Below are positions 1-11,566 of a DNA stretch of 64,000 nucleotides, piece by piece. The translations under genes were made by a program, and so were the position numbers. The notes beneath the pieces are model-generated. The model saw only the letters and a program-made list of their open reading frames with translations. It was not told the DNA's origin and did not search any database. Within the stretch, counting starts at the first letter, position 1, and each line of letters begins with the position of its first letter. Source of the DNA: Prochlorococcus sp. AG-679-M23 (GTDB lineage Bacteria > Cyanobacteriota > Cyanobacteriia > PCC-6307 > Cyanobiaceae); contig QCUR01000001.1 in NCBI GenBank assembly GCA_003208875.1, positions 224,001 through 288,000 on the forward strand. The letters run 5' to 3'.

Positions 1-1143
1 AAATGCAAACCATTCTGGAATTGAATCTCCATTCCTCAGCTTTTTTCTGAATTCTGTACCACTTAGTTTCATTATTTGATATTTTTTCTCTTTTGCTTCT
101 TCGGCAGTTATATAACCTTTTTCTATTGTGTAGACCAAATTTTTTGAAGGTACAGTTTTCATCAATAATTCTTCTGCGCATTCATTCGCAAAATTCTGGG
201 CATCATAAGGTCCATAAAAATCTTCACCAGTTGATGATGATTTACATCCAGCCATATCCCTACCAATTATAAAATGAGTACATCCATAATTCCTTCTTAT
301 AATCATGTGTTGCAGAGCTTCTCTAGGTCCTGCCATATGCATTGAGTATGGCAAAAAAGCCCATTTTATTTTCATATTAGAAATTTCTTCTTCTAATTTC
401 TTATAGGTTAAATATCGGACTTTCCCTGGAATATCATCCTGTTGTGTTGGCCCGCAGGTTGGATGAACCAAAACAACTGAATTCGAGGAAACATTTTCCG
501 ATTGTAAGGCGTTAGTAAATAATTCATAATGAGCTCTATGAATTGGATTTCTACATTGAAAAGCAACTACATCAAAATTAGCAGGTAATAAATCTCTCAC
601 TTCTTTTGGCGTTTTACAAGGAAAATCTCTATTTGGGAGCTCCAAGCCATAAACTTTGCCACCTATGTAGTATCGGCCTCTTTCATTGAAAATCATCTTT
701 ACTGCAGGATGATCCAAGGAATTAGTCCCGTAACACAACTCTGCCTCTTCGGCTTTATCTGGCTCCCATTTTGAACTTACTTTTAAAAGGGCTAATTTTT
801 GTTTTTTATAAGTTAGTAATATTGTTTCACCCTCCTTGATTTGTACATTATTAGTATCAAAGACAATCGGCAAACCAAAGAGTAAACCCTTTGTGTCTCG
901 ATGGCTTTTAATTACAGATTTATACTCTTCTTTATCCATAAATCCCTCTAGAGGAGAAAATCCGCCAACCATTAAAAGTTCTACATCACAAGCATTTCTA
1001 TCACTACATTCGTGCTCATAAGAAACTTGAGAAAGGAGCTTTAATTTTAGTTCTTCATCCTTAATAATTAATTCTTTTAGTTCACCTCCATAAGCAGGTA
1101 TTAAACCTTTTGAATCTCTTTTAGATTCTTGTTGTGAATTCAT
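1..1143 (-). CDS. sat: Sulfate adenylyltransferase (ATP sulfurylase), 3' end runs off the window
   Basis: Manual translation from ATG at 1143 (MNSQQESKRDSKGLIPAYGGELK) gives VVAFQCRNPIHRAH and THFIIGRDMAG motifs; absent from the ORF track because there is no stop in the window. Confidence 0.95.
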   Translation of the reverse strand, partial: MNSQQESKRDSKGLIPAYGGELKELIIKDEELKLKLLSQVSYEHECSDRNACDVELLMVGGFSPLEGFMDKEEYKSVIKSHRDTKGLLFGLPIVFDTNNVQIKEGETILLTYKKQKLALLKVSSKWEPDKAEEAELCYGTNSLDHPAVKMIFNERGRYYIGGKVYGLELPNRDFPCKTPKEVRDLLPANFDVVAFQCRNPIHRAHYELFTNALQSENVSSNSVVLVHPTCGPTQQDDIPGKVRYLTYKKLEEEISNMKIKWAFLPYSMHMAGPREALQHMIIRRNYGCTHFIIGRDMAGCKSSSTGEDFYGPYDAQNFANECAEELLMKTVPSKNLVYTIEKGYITAEEAKEKKYQIMKLSGTEFRKKLRNGDSIPEWFAF

Positions 1144-1167
1144 TTGATGATTTGTATAAGATAAATT

Positions 1168-1202
1168 AAAAAAAAGAGGGCTTGCTTAAACCCTCTTTTT
1201 TT
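1168..1202 (-). terminator. Intrinsic terminator after psbO (symmetrical, could be bidirectional)
   Basis: A8-GAGGG-10 nt loop-CCCTC-T7, 15 nt past the psbO stop. Confidence 0.85.
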
Positions 1203-1216
1203 ATCTTTATTTGGAA

Positions 1217-2011
1217 TTAAGCTTTTCTTCCGTAAAGCTCACCAATTATTTTTACATCAAGAGGTTCTTTTGAGCCCATATCAGTATCTGAAGGTTGGAT
1301 CGCTACAAATGTACCTGCAAATTCATCTGTATCAGAATCTACATTTTCAATCGATAGTGTTACTACTCCAGTACCATTTACATCAACTTTGATATTTTCT
1401 TTAGCAAGTTCTTCATCATCTCCCCCTAGGGCAACTAAACCTTGAGCGTATTCAACACCAGTATTTTTGGCTCTTGCTTTAGGATCTAAAAAATCTCCTG
1501 TTCTATAGTTAGGTGTAAATGTAGCACCACTGACTTCTGTCCCAGGCTCGATTGAGGAAGGTAGATCAGCTGTTAAATCTTTTGCAGAAAATGCGAATGG
1601 AACCTCTAAACCTCCAGGAGTAAGAACAGTAATTAATTGAAAATCAATACCACCTTTTTCAGTAAATGTTCCGGAGTCTATATCTCCATATACCTCTGTA
1701 ACTGTAGTGTTATTCCTAGGGCTAATAATTTTTGTTGCAACAAATTCTGCTTCTTTTCTTTTTGACCCCGGAACTTTTACATAAACTTCCGTTGGATGCA
1801 TGCATATCCCTTTAAGGGAATCACCATTTCCTAAAGATATTGATCCAACTAAGGAGGAATCTAAGGAAGGACAATCGTTAGCTTTGCCTGTGTTTACAAC
1901 ATCTGTAAATTGGGCATTTCCTCTCTCGGAGAAGGCATATGTTTTATCTGTGACAAAAGCAAAAGTTAAACAAAAAGAAATAACTAAAGCTAAGAAAGAA
2001 CGAATTCTCAT
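1217..2011 (-). CDS. psbO: Photosystem II manganese-stabilising protein PsbO
   Basis: Signal peptide, VNTGKANDCP, GGIDFQLITV, PNYRTGDFLDPKAR, QPSDTDMG. Confidence 0.95.
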   Translation of the reverse strand: MRIRSFLALVISFCLTFAFVTDKTYAFSERGNAQFTDVVNTGKANDCPSLDSSLVGSISLGNGDSLKGICMHPTEVYVKVPGSKRKEAEFVATKIISPRNNTTVTEVYGDIDSGTFTEKGGIDFQLITVLTPGGLEVPFAFSAKDLTADLPSSIEPGTEVSGATFTPNYRTGDFLDPKARAKNTGVEYAQGLVALGGDDEELAKENIKVDVNGTGVVTLSIENVDSDTDEFAGTFVAIQPSDTDMGSKEPLDVKIIGELYGRKA

Positions 2012-2225
2012 AATTAAATTTCAATAAAGTTCTGTGACTGCTGGTAAGGGATTACTTAAAAATGTTCAGTACGGATAATACAAGGTAAAGAACCACAAAA
2101 GAAAGTTTTTTAGATCCTCGAAATAACTCGTAGCTTTTTTATTTTTAAAACTTGAAGTATTTTAAGGTATCAGACTATTTTTAATGATTAAGATTACAAA
2201 AAAATACAAATATAAATGCTATGGA

Positions 2226-3482
2226 TTATTTATTAGTAGAAATAATTTCATTTATTAATTTATTAGCTAACTCAATTTTTGATGTTTTTTCTAGATAATT
2301 TTCCATATTTTTTTTATCAAAAAGCCAACCTTCATTTTTTGCTAGTGGACCAAATCCTTGGTCTTCGATGTCTATAGGATTTGCAAATAGTAAATCACAA
2401 CCCTTAAGCATTATTTTCTCTTTAATGGTTTTTTTTGCACTTTTAAAAGAACCTGTAAATGCACAAAATCCAACAAAAATTTGATTTTCTTTTTTTACTT
2501 TACTTATCTCTTTTAAAATATCTGGAACATATTCGATATTTTCATTTAAAAAATCCTCAAATTTGCTTTTTGGGATTTTTTTTGAAGTATCTCCTGATAT
2601 TTTGAAATCTGCTACTGCAGCATTCATAATAAAATAATCGCATTTCGAAATTTCTTTTTCAATTGCCTGAATTAAATCATTACTATTATCTATTTCGTAC
2701 GTATTAATCCCTTCGGTTATATCTAGTTTATTTTTTAAGGGACCATGGATATATTTGACTTTTGCACCCCTAAATCTTGCTACTTGAGCAAGCATTAATC
2801 CCATAGTTCCCGAACTATTGTTAGTTATCTTTCTTGCTGCATCTATTTTTTCTGAAGTACAACCTCCTGTAATTAAAAATTCTTTATTTAATAAGTCTCT
2901 GTAATAGGGCTTTTTATTTTGTAGGAGTAAAAACTTTAGAGCTAGTTGTATTAAATCATTTGGGGGTATCTTGCCAACTCCAATTTCGTCACAAGCTAGA
3001 ATCCCTTCACTAGGTTTAAGGATTAGAACATTTGGATACTCTTTCAAGTATATATAATTTCTTTGAACAGCTTTATTACTCCACATCTTTGAATTCATTG
3101 CTGGAGCAACAATAATAGGCTTATTATTCGCAATTAAAATACTCGAGATCAATCCATCAGCATTACCTGTAACCCACTTTGAAAGTGTTGTTGCAGTCAT
3201 AGGAGCCATTATCAAAACATCAGCCCAATCGCATAAATCTATATGTAAAGGTCTTGAATGAAGAAATGACCATTGGTCCTTTTCTAATATGCAAGTATTC
3301 CTACTTAAGATAGAAAGTGAAAGTGGCTGAATTAGTTTTTCAGCATTTTCAGAAACAACGCACTTTATCTCATAATTTTCCTTAACTAGTTGACTTACTA
3401 GTAAAGGGATTCTTACTGCAGCAATACTTCCAGTAATTAATAAAAGAACCTTAATTCTTAACTCTTTAGATTTAGTGTTCAT
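2226..3482 (-). CDS. coaBC: Bifunctional phosphopantothenoylcysteine decarboxylase/ligase
   Basis: ITGSIAA, HIDL, APAMN, ITGG-T-EKID, NNSSGTMG; second ATG (3482) chosen as start, ORF track starts at 3500. Confidence 0.93.
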   Translation of the reverse strand: MNTKSKELRIKVLLLITGSIAAVRIPLLVSQLVKENYEIKCVVSENAEKLIQPLSLSILSRNTCILEKDQWSFLHSRPLHIDLCDWADVLIMAPMTATTLSKWVTGNADGLISSILIANNKPIIVAPAMNSKMWSNKAVQRNYIYLKEYPNVLILKPSEGILACDEIGVGKIPPNDLIQLALKFLLLQNKKPYYRDLLNKEFLITGGCTSEKIDAARKITNNSSGTMGLMLAQVARFRGAKVKYIHGPLKNKLDITEGINTYEIDNSNDLIQAIEKEISKCDYFIMNAAVADFKISGDTSKKIPKSKFEDFLNENIEYVPDILKEISKVKKENQIFVGFCAFTGSFKSAKKTIKEKIMLKGCDLLFANPIDIEDQGFGPLAKNEGWLFDKKNMENYLEKTSKIELANKLINEIISTNK

Positions 3483-3693
3483 CAAATTGTTCCTGTTCAA
3501 GAAGATGAATAAAATCGGATGTTAATTTATACGTTTTAGTTGCACAAGTCCTTACCAAATTCCAATTTCTAAATACATTAAATGGTTTAACGTAATTTTT
3601 CTCTCCTAAAGTTTTGGCAAGTTCAAAAGTTCCTTCTTCATAAGATGAATATAAAGGCTTTTCAAATATTTTGTTATCGGATTTGAATAACAT
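3472..3693 (-). CDS. Small conserved cyanobacterial protein (diverged DUF2555-like)
   Basis: ELA...Y..PF....W.L.R and HLLEQEQFDEH pattern; overlaps the coaBC start; start at ATG 3693 or TTG 3708. Confidence 0.6.
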   Translation of the reverse strand: MLFKSDNKIFEKPLYSSYEEGTFELAKTLGEKNYVKPFNVFRNWNLVRTCATKTYKLTSDFIHLLEQEQFDEH

Positions 3694-3884
3694 TTTTATC
3701 CTTGTCAATGTATTTTTAATAATATAACCTCAAGGAAATTGATATTCACAAAATATTCCTCACTTTCAAAATTTTCAAAAATAATAAATCTATTTTAATT
3801 TTATATATTATAATTTTAGACACAAATTGTTTATTCTCCTTAAGAAAAAAAATTATTTAAACTAAGAATGACTAAATATCAATT

Positions 3885-4067
3885 ATGTCACAAACAAAAA
3901 AAGAGCAAATAGTAAGTCATTTGCGTTATTTAAGGCAGGAATTAAGAGAAATGCATTTAGGAATTCAAGATGATGGACTATTTCCTGAACCTGGAGAAAT
4001 AAGAGGAATTCTTGCCCAAATGGAGGCTTTACTTGAATTAATTGAAGGTAATCCTAAAGTTAAATAA
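3885..4067 (+). CDS. Conserved hypothetical protein (60 aa, helical)
   Basis: ATG-started ORF filling the intergenic space, with typical codon usage (SHLRYLRQELREMH). Confidence 0.75.
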   Translation: MSQTKKEQIVSHLRYLRQELREMHLGIQDDGLFPEPGEIRGILAQMEALLELIEGNPKVK

Positions 4068-4104
4068 AATCATGAATAGATCCAGCACTTAGTTATAATT
4101 AAGA

Positions 4105-4446
4105 ATGTTTTTAAAACCCCAAAAGACTAAATTTCAACGATTAGTTATTGAAACTTTTGACATATTAAGCCAATGGGCAGTAAATCCATGGCGTAGATAT
4201 TCTTTAGCTTTAACAGTTGTTTTGACTGGTTACTTTTTCGGGAGTTCGTTAGGAATGATTAGTGCAGTCGTTGAATTAATTGACCCAGTAGGTGCTTTTT
4301 TATCAGTTTTTTTTATTGAAATTTTGATAAAATTTAGACGAAGATTACGTTTTGATAAAAGAAAAAAAACATTATTATTAATACTTGATTCTTTAAGATT
4401 AGGTCTATTTTATGGTTTTTTTACTGAAAGTCTAAAATTGCTTTAA
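4105..4446 (+). CDS. DUF565 / Ycf20-like membrane protein
   Basis: Q.T.FQ, W..NPWRR, GLFYGFFTESLKL C-terminus. Confidence 0.8.
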   Translation: MFLKPQKTKFQRLVIETFDILSQWAVNPWRRYSLALTVVLTGYFFGSSLGMISAVVELIDPVGAFLSVFFIEILIKFRRRLRFDKRKKTLLLILDSLRLGLFYGFFTESLKLL

Positions 4447-4448
4447 AT

Positions 4449-5465
4449 TTAATTTTTGAATTTACTTAATAGATAAAGTAAAGCCATTCTTGTAGGAATA
4501 CCATTTGAAACTTGATCATTTATTAAGCAATTTGGATATTCATCAACTATTCTACTGCTGATTTCAATGCCACGATTAATAGGCCCTGGGTGCAAAATAG
4601 GAATATCTTTACAATTCAAGGATAGTTTTTCTGGAGTCAAACAATAATTCTCACTATACGATTTAATGCTGCTTAGTAAATTCTCTATCATTCTTTCTTT
4701 CTGTAATCTTAAAACAATTACTGCATCTGCATATTTAATGGATTCTTCTAATGAACTCGAAATTGTAATAGAACCTCTTGAAGAAATTGGGTCTCTTAAT
4801 TGATTTGGGGGAGAACTACTTACAAAATCAGTAAATTCTTCAGGAATAAGTGTTGGTGGACCACACAAAATTATGTTCGCACCAAATGCTGTCAGTGCCC
4901 AAAGATTTGATCTGGCAACTCTAGAGTGAACTACATCACCAACTATTAATATTTTTTTAGAATTTAATATCTCTGGTTTCAGTAATTTTGGAGAAAAGAA
5001 TTTTATTAACGTATAAAGATCTAGTAATCCTTGACTAGGATGGCTATGTAAACCATCACCAGCATTAAGAACCGAAGTTTTTGATTTAGATGCATCGAGT
5101 TTTTTGGAAATTTCTAAAGGGACATGGCTAGATGAATGTCTAATGACTAAAATATCAGTCCCCATGGCAGCATATGTTAGTGCAGTATCTATGAGAGTTT
5201 CTCCTTTACTTAGAGAACTTGAAGAGGGAGAAAAGCTTTGTAAATCTGCAGAAAGCCTTTTGGCAGCAAGCTCAAAACTATTGCGAGTTCTAGTGCTAGC
5301 CTCAAAAAATATTGATGTTATTAACTTTCCTTGTAAAGCAGGTATTTTTTTTGTCCCAGCATTATTAAGAGATTTAAATCTTTCAGTTAACTCAAAAACT
5401 GATTTGTAATCATCTATTGAGAAATTTGAAAGTGTGAGGATATGTTTGTGAGGCCAATTTCCCAT
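4449..5465 (-). CDS. pyrB: Aspartate carbamoyltransferase catalytic subunit
   Basis: [28 protein letters not shown] motifs. Confidence 0.97.
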   Translation of the reverse strand: MGNWPHKHILTLSNFSIDDYKSVFELTERFKSLNNAGTKKIPALQGKLITSIFFEASTRTRNSFELAAKRLSADLQSFSPSSSSLSKGETLIDTALTYAAMGTDILVIRHSSSHVPLEISKKLDASKSKTSVLNAGDGLHSHPSQGLLDLYTLIKFFSPKLLKPEILNSKKILIVGDVVHSRVARSNLWALTAFGANIILCGPPTLIPEEFTDFVSSSPPNQLRDPISSRGSITISSSLEESIKYADAVIVLRLQKERMIENLLSSIKSYSENYCLTPEKLSLNCKDIPILHPGPINRGIEISSRIVDEYPNCLINDQVSNGIPTRMALLYLLSKFKN

Positions 5466-6079
5466 TATGTTACACCAAACAAATTATCAGTTGAATTTGT
5501 TAAATTAGGATTCCTATCACCTTTTTCCCTTTTACTAATACTTCTGCTCCTTTTAAGATACCAACGCCATTTTATATTTTTTGCTTTAGAAATGCCAATT
5601 CTTGTTGTTTGAATTAAATCTTTTTTCTCTAAATATGAATTTCCTTTGCTGATCCACAAACATTTATTATTAAGAATTTCGAGAGAATTCAATTTATTAT
5701 CTACTTCAAATGTTTTGGTTACTAATCCTGGGCCAGAAGCTGACCTTTCGTTTTTATTTGATATAAAAACCGCCCTTATTAAAACACCACTTGCAAAATT
5801 ATCTTTATCAGTAACGATATTCAAGCAATGATGAATTCCGTAAGATCTGTAAATATAAAATCTTCCTGGCTCACCAAACAATACTTTATTAGAAGGAGTT
5901 TTTTTATTATATCCATGGCAAGCCTCTTCTTCTTGTGAATAAGCTTCAGTCTCAACTATCATTCCTTTTATTAGGCCTTTATCAATTCTATTTCTAAATA
6001 GGTAACATCCAATTAAGTCAGGTGCTACAAGCTTGGAATGCCGGTAAAAAAAATTTTTTTTAAAAGGTTGTTGATCTAT
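5465..6079 (-). CDS. mpg: 3-methyladenine DNA glycosylase (MPG/AAG family); start uncertain, possibly non-canonical
   Basis: [30 protein letters not shown]; the frame continues upstream of ATG 5962 through [18 protein letters not shown]. Confidence 0.88.
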   Translation of the reverse strand: MDQQPFKKNFFYRHSKLVAPDLIGCYLFRNRIDKGLIKGMIVETEAYSQEEEACHGYNKKTPSNKVLFGEPGRFYIYRSYGIHHCLNIVTDKDNFASGVLIRAVFISNKNERSASGPGLVTKTFEVDNKLNSLEILNNKCLWISKGNSYLEKKDLIQTTRIGISKAKNIKWRWYLKRSRSISKREKGDRNPNLTNSTDNLFGVT

Positions 6080-6281
6080 TTTTAAATACTTATCTAAGCT
6101 TATTTTTAACGGTGAAATACAATTAAGTCTAGCTTTTGAAGCATAAAAAAATTTTTTCTCTTGTTATGAGATTTATAAATATATAGTTATCAATTTTGTT
6201 TAATTCATAAAAGGCTTAAGTAATGTTTGTGAAAATCCTTTAATATCTATAATGAAATTGATTTTTAATAATTGAAAGCAG

Positions 6282-6575
6282 ATGAAACGAATTAGTAGTG
6301 ATGAAGTTAAAAAAGTAGCACAATTAGCAAGACTTGAACTAAACGAGAGTGAGATTCATCAGCATGCAGAACAGTTAGAAAAAATTTTGGAGTATATTAA
6401 ACAATTAGAGAAAATTAATACCGAGGATATTCCATCCACAACTAGAGCTATAGAAGTGGCCAATGTATTGAGAAAAGATGAAAAGAAAAATTATGAAAAT
6501 TCTGAGGAAATTTTAGATTTGGCACCTTCTAGAGAAAATAAATTTTTTAAAGTGCCAAAAATTATTAATGAATAG
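6282..6575 (+). CDS. gatC: Asp/Glu-tRNA amidotransferase subunit C
   Basis: EVKKVAQLARL...LR.D...FFKVPKI. Confidence 0.95.
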   Translation: MKRISSDEVKKVAQLARLELNESEIHQHAEQLEKILEYIKQLEKINTEDIPSTTRAIEVANVLRKDEKKNYENSEEILDLAPSRENKFFKVPKIINE

Positions 6576-7595
6576 CTAGTTACCACCGATATAAGTTTTA
6601 TTAACTATCTTTAGTAAAATTTTTCTTATTTTAAAACCTGGGAATGAATTTATTATTTTTCTAAGTTTACCTTTTTTACTTTTGTGACTTCTTATCCCTA
6701 TAAGTAGATCATAAATAAAATTAAAAGTATCACCTTTAGTTTCAAAAATACCTACTCTTTGGGGTGAACCTTTGATGTCTAATAAAGGTTTGGTTTTTTC
6801 GTAAGCTATTTTATATTCAAACCAGGGGATTGAAGGCCATAGGTGATGGATTAAATGATAATTTTGACCCATTATGAGAATATTCAAAAATCTACCTGGA
6901 TAAACTCTTGAGTTTATCCATTTATTTTTTGAGCGAAATGGCCTATGAGGGAGATAATCAAAGAAAATACCTAAAGTGACTCCAACCATTAATGCAGGAC
7001 CAAACCATAAATTATAAATTAAGTTCATAAAGTCAAATTTTAAGCCAGCTAAAATGATTGTTATAAATATCGATCTCTCTACCCCCCACTGTAGTAATTC
7101 ATATTTTCTCCAGAGTTTTCTCTGAAAGAAAAATATTTCATGATAAAAAAATCTTGGAGCAATAAGCCAAATTGGCCCAAAAGTACTCACAATATGGTCT
7201 GGATCATTTTTAGGATCATTTACATGAACATGATGTTGTAGGTGGACTCTGGTGAAAACTGGGAAACTGAAGCCTAAGAGAATAGCTGATCCATGCCCCA
7301 TTGCTTGGTTTATCCAGGGCACAGGATGCGCAGCCTTATGACATGCATCATGTATAACGGTTCCTTCAATATGAAGAGCAAGAAATGCCGTGGCAACAAG
7401 AAGAGGTAGGGGCCAAACTCCTCGGTACCATTGCCATATACTCAGAAAAGCGAGAAAATAACCACCAAAAAAAAGACCTAATGTGGGATTCCAAAAATTA
7501 GGAGGATCGACATAATTTTTGATCTCCCTGTTCCAGCTAAATGTCTTGGAGGAATTAGTTTGAATATTTTTATTTTGACTAGTTAAATTTGAAAT
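6576..7595 (-). CDS. crtR: Beta-carotene hydroxylase (fatty acid desaturase superfamily); start non-canonical or uncertain
   Basis: Three His boxes HDACH, HLQHH, HLIHH plus FFDYLPHRPF; frame open from 7601, first canonical start (GTG 7322) lies downstream of HDACH. Confidence 0.9.
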   Translation of the reverse strand: MSNLTSQNKNIQTNSSKTFSWNREIKNYVDPPNFWNPTLGLFFGGYFLAFLSIWQWYRGVWPLPLLVATAFLALHIEGTVIHDACHKAAHPVPWINQAMGHGSAILLGFSFPVFTRVHLQHHVHVNDPKNDPDHIVSTFGPIWLIAPRFFYHEIFFFQRKLWRKYELLQWGVERSIFITIILAGLKFDFMNLIYNLWFGPALMVGVTLGIFFDYLPHRPFRSKNKWINSRVYPGRFLNILIMGQNYHLIHHLWPSIPWFEYKIAYEKTKPLLDIKGSPQRVGIFETKGDTFNFIYDLLIGIRSHKSKKGKLRKIINSFPGFKIRKILLKIVNKTYIGGN

Positions 7596-7768
7596 TGTTT
7601 CTTAAATTCTATAAGTAATATAACCAATAATTCATAGTGATTGCATAACAATACCAAACATTTTTAAATCTTTCTAAAATCATTGAGCCTTGTATTATGT
7701 GTCAAATTAAGGATCTTAAGTAAAAAATATTTTAAAAATATACCTTGCTAAACTAAAATTTTAATTAA

Positions 7769-7850
7769 GCGGTCGTGGCGGAATTGGTAGACGCGCGAGT
7801 TTTAGGTACTCGTATCTTCGGGTGTGGGAGTTCAAGTCTCCCCGACCGCA
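7769..7850 (+). tRNA. tRNA-Leu(TAG)
   Basis: GCGGTCG acceptor stem, CGAGT-TTTAGGT-ACTCG anticodon arm, long variable arm, GTTCAAG T-loop. Confidence 0.96.
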
Positions 7851-7935
7851 TTTTTAAGGGAAAATTAATATAAAGCAATTAAATTAGTTAACTATTTCCA
7901 TATTTACTATAATTTAGATATAAATAAAAAATTTT

Positions 7936-8460
7936 TTGACAATTTATTTAGGCTGTTTATATTTATTCTTTGGAATTATATTTTTGTTAATGCCTTTAAT
8001 ATATATTGAATTAGGCAGACCAAGAGATTTTATAAAAGGTGGTTTAAACCTAATAATTGGGATGTTATTAATTTATAAAAAAAATAGTTTTAATAACTTA
8101 TATTCTTCACTTATTACTGTCATCACTGCATTACTGATCTTTTATATAGTAGAAATATTTTCTATAAGGTGGAATCAATTAACTGATCAAGAGAAAAATA
8201 AATTAAAAACTTTAGAGGAATTGAAAAAAAATATTTCAATTTTTTTAAAGGCTATTTCTTTTGCAAGGCACGATTTTTTAAATTCGAACAATATTTTAAA
8301 TTTTGGAAGAAAAAATGAAAATTTAAATAAAAAAAAGTGGGTTAGGAATGATGAAAATGATAATATAGTTAATTCAAATAAAAATAATTTACTGACTTTA
8401 GAGATGCCAAAAAAAGCAACAAACCAATCTACAGAAGATACAATTAATGAGGGTAAATAA
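7936..8460 (+). CDS. Ycf66-like membrane protein
   Basis: N-terminal TM helices, ELGRPRD, RWNQLT..EK, KKWVR. Confidence 0.7.
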   Translation: MTIYLGCLYLFFGIIFLLMPLIYIELGRPRDFIKGGLNLIIGMLLIYKKNSFNNLYSSLITVITALLIFYIVEIFSIRWNQLTDQEKNKLKTLEELKKNISIFLKAISFARHDFLNSNNILNFGRKNENLNKKKWVRNDENDNIVNSNKNNLLTLEMPKKATNQSTEDTINEGK

Positions 8461-8502
8461 TTAAATAAATTAATTGATTACAAATAAATTTTATAAATTC
8501 GA

Positions 8503-11400
8503 ATGAAATCACAACATAACAAAGAAAAAAAATCTGGCTTTTCCTATAAAGAAACTTTGAATTTACTCAAGACTGATTTTTCGATGCGAGCTAATTCAGT
8601 AATTAGGGAACCAGAGATTCATGAATTCTGGTCAAGAAATAAGATTGATTTGGAGTTGGGTTCATCTAACTCAGGTAAAAATTTCACTTTGCATGATGGC
8701 CCCCCTTATGCGAATGGTTCCCTCCATATGGGACATGCCTTAAATAAAGTTTTAAAGGATATTATTAATAAATACAAAACCTTAAAAGGTTTCAAAGTTC
8801 ATTTTGTACCTGGTTGGGATTGCCATGGGTTACCAATTGAGTTAAAGGTTCTACAAAGTTTAAAATCCAATGAAAGAAGAAATTTAGATTCTTTAGGTTT
8901 AAGAAAAAAAGCAAAAGATTATGCAAAGATTCAAATTAACAATCAACTAGAGGGCTTTAAGAGATGGGGTATTTGGGGAGACTGGGATAATCCCTATTTG
9001 ACCCTTAAAAAAAATTATGAGTCTGCGCAGATTGGTGTTTTTGGAAAGATGTTCTTAAATGGCTACATATATAGAGGTTTAAAACCTGTTCACTGGAGTC
9101 CAAGTTCTAAAACAGCACTTGCAGAAGCAGAATTAGAATATCCTGAGGAGCATTTTTCAAAAAGTATTTATGTTTCTTTAAATATTACTAAATTATCAGA
9201 TGCAGTTCTTCTTAAATGTGAAGAAAAAGATCTGAGAAACAAATTACTTTCTAGTTTAAATAAATTATTTATAGCTATATGGACTACTACTCCATGGACA
9301 ATTCCTGGTAATGAAGCAGTAGCTATCAACCCTAGAATAAATTATGTTTTCGCCTCGGATCAAAAAGGTAATATATATCTTTTTGCTAGAGATTTAATCT
9401 CTGAAATTTGTAAAAAGCTAGATAGAGAATTTAATGTTTTATTAGATGTAAAAGGCTCATTACTAGAAGGTATTGAGTATCAGCATCCTACAAAAAATAA
9501 GGTTTGTCATATTGTAATTGGAGGTGATTATGTAACCACTGAATCTGGGACAGGAATTGTACATACTGCCCCAGGTCATGGCATGGATGATTTTAATGTT
9601 GGGCAAAAATATCAATTACCCATAACTTGTATTGTCGATGAAAAAGGTAATTTAAATAAGCATGCTGAAAAGTTTTTCGGATTAAATGTTTTAAAAGATG
9701 CTAATGATTTGATTATTGAAGATTTGGAGAAAAATAATTTACTCCTTTTAAAAGAAAAATATAAACACAGATATCCTTATGATTGGAGAACTAAAAAACC
9801 TACAATTTTCAGAGCAACTGAACAATGGTTTGCATCAGTAGAGGGATTTAGATCTTCAGCTTTGAAATCAATAGAAGATGTTGAATGGATGCCAAATACA
9901 GGTAAAAAAAGAATTTATTCGATGGTTGTTGGAAGAGGTGATTGGTGTATTTCTAGACAAAGGTCGTGGGGAGTGCCAATACCCGTCTTCTATGAAAAAG
10001 AAGGGAAAGAAATACTAATTAATACTGAAACTATTAACCATATAAAAAGTTTATTTGAGGAATATGGAGCAGATGTATGGTGGGAATGGGATGAGAAGAA
10101 ACTATTGCCAGAAAAATATAGAAATGAATCTGATCGTTGGAAAAAAGGTCTAGATACTATGGATGTCTGGTTTGATTCAGGTTCTAGTTGGGCTGCAGTT
10201 TGTGAGCAAAGGGAAGAATTACAATATCCAGCCGATTTGTATTTAGAGGGATCTGATCAACATAGAGGTTGGTTTCAATCATCTTTGCTAACTTCTGTAG
10301 CAGTAAATAATAAGCCGCCATATAAGACAGTTCTAACTCATGGATTTGCTTTAGATGAGAATGGAAGAAAAATGAGTAAATCCTTGGGTAACGTTGTTGA
10401 TCCTAATATTATTATTAATGGTGGTCCTAACCAAAAAATCCAACCTGCCTATGGAGCAGATGTCCTTAGGCTTTGGGTTAGTTCTGTTGATTACTCAGTT
10501 GATGTCCCAATTGGATCGAATATTTTAAAACAACTTTCAGATGTTTATAGAAAAGTAAGAAATACAGCTAGATATCTCTTAGGTAATATTCATGATTATG
10601 ATCCTGCGTTAGAGGAAATTGATATTGATCAGTTGCCGTTATTAGATCAATGGATGTTAAATAGACTAGTTGAAGTCTCAGATCAAGTAACAATTGCATA
10701 TGAAAATTATGAATTTTCAAAGTTTTTTCAAATATTGCAAAGTTTTTGTGTTGTGGATTTATCTAATTTTTATTTAGATATCGCAAAAGATAGATTGTAT
10801 GTAAGTGCTAAAACTCAATTCAGGAGAAGATCTTGTCAGTTTGTGATGTCCAAAATTGTAGAAAATTTAGCTGTCATTATTTCTCCAGTACTTTGTCATA
10901 TGGCTGAAGATATTTGGCAAAATATCCCATATTCAACTATTGAAAAATCAGTATTTGAAAGAGGATGGCCAAAACTACCTGAGTCATGGCTTAATCCCGA
11001 ACTTAATGAACATATTTTTAATTTAAGAAAATTGCGAGTAGAAATTAATAAAGCAATAGAAGGTTGTAGAACCCAACAAATGATTGGAGCTGCTCTTGAA
11101 ACTCAGGTTAATTACCTCCCTGAGAATGAGTTTTTTAAAAATTCGCTTTCTTGGCTTGATAAATTTGGCAATAAAGAAGTAGATTTATACAGTGATTGGT
11201 TGATAGTTTCTGATTTTAATATAGTTGATAATTTATCTAAGGATTGTTTAAGTATCGATAATAATGAACTTGGAAAGATTCAGATTCTTAAAGCTAAAGG
11301 TTTTAAATGTGATAGATGTTGGCATTACCAAAATATTATAGTTAAAGGGATTGAAAACACTAAATTATGCGAAAGATGTGCAAATATTATTAATTTATAA
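8503..11400 (+). CDS. ileS: Isoleucine--tRNA ligase
   Basis: [36 protein letters not shown]-terminal CDRCW/CERC zinc finger. Confidence 0.98.
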   Translation: MKSQHNKEKKSGFSYKETLNLLKTDFSMRANSVIREPEIHEFWSRNKIDLELGSSNSGKNFTLHDGPPYANGSLHMGHALNKVLKDIINKYKTLKGFKVHFVPGWDCHGLPIELKVLQSLKSNERRNLDSLGLRKKAKDYAKIQINNQLEGFKRWGIWGDWDNPYLTLKKNYESAQIGVFGKMFLNGYIYRGLKPVHWSPSSKTALAEAELEYPEEHFSKSIYVSLNITKLSDAVLLKCEEKDLRNKLLSSLNKLFIAIWTTTPWTIPGNEAVAINPRINYVFASDQKGNIYLFARDLISEICKKLDREFNVLLDVKGSLLEGIEYQHPTKNKVCHIVIGGDYVTTESGTGIVHTAPGHGMDDFNVGQKYQLPITCIVDEKGNLNKHAEKFFGLNVLKDANDLIIEDLEKNNLLLLKEKYKHRYPYDWRTKKPTIFRATEQWFASVEGFRSSALKSIEDVEWMPNTGKKRIYSMVVGRGDWCISRQRSWGVPIPVFYEKEGKEILINTETINHIKSLFEEYGADVWWEWDEKKLLPEKYRNESDRWKKGLDTMDVWFDSGSSWAAVCEQREELQYPADLYLEGSDQHRGWFQSSLLTSVAVNNKPPYKTVLTHGFALDENGRKMSKSLGNVVDPNIIINGGPNQKIQPAYGADVLRLWVSSVDYSVDVPIGSNILKQLSDVYRKVRNTARYLLGNIHDYDPALEEIDIDQLPLLDQWMLNRLVEVSDQVTIAYENYEFSKFFQILQSFCVVDLSNFYLDIAKDRLYVSAKTQFRRRSCQFVMSKIVENLAVIISPVLCHMAEDIWQNIPYSTIEKSVFERGWPKLPESWLNPELNEHIFNLRKLRVEINKAIEGCRTQQMIGAALETQVNYLPENEFFKNSLSWLDKFGNKEVDLYSDWLIVSDFNIVDNLSKDCLSIDNNELGKIQILKAKGFKCDRCWHYQNIIVKGIENTKLCERCANIINL

Positions 11401-11566
11401 ATAGTTTATTTAGATCAATTTCAGTATGGTGAGTTTTAGATCTACTGAACCCTATATGAATTTTTATTTCTAACAATTCTTTAGAATATTTCCTTGATAA
11501 GTAACCTTCTATTTTAAAAGACTATTTAAATTCTTAAAACTAATTTGTTCTAAGTTTTTGATTAAG

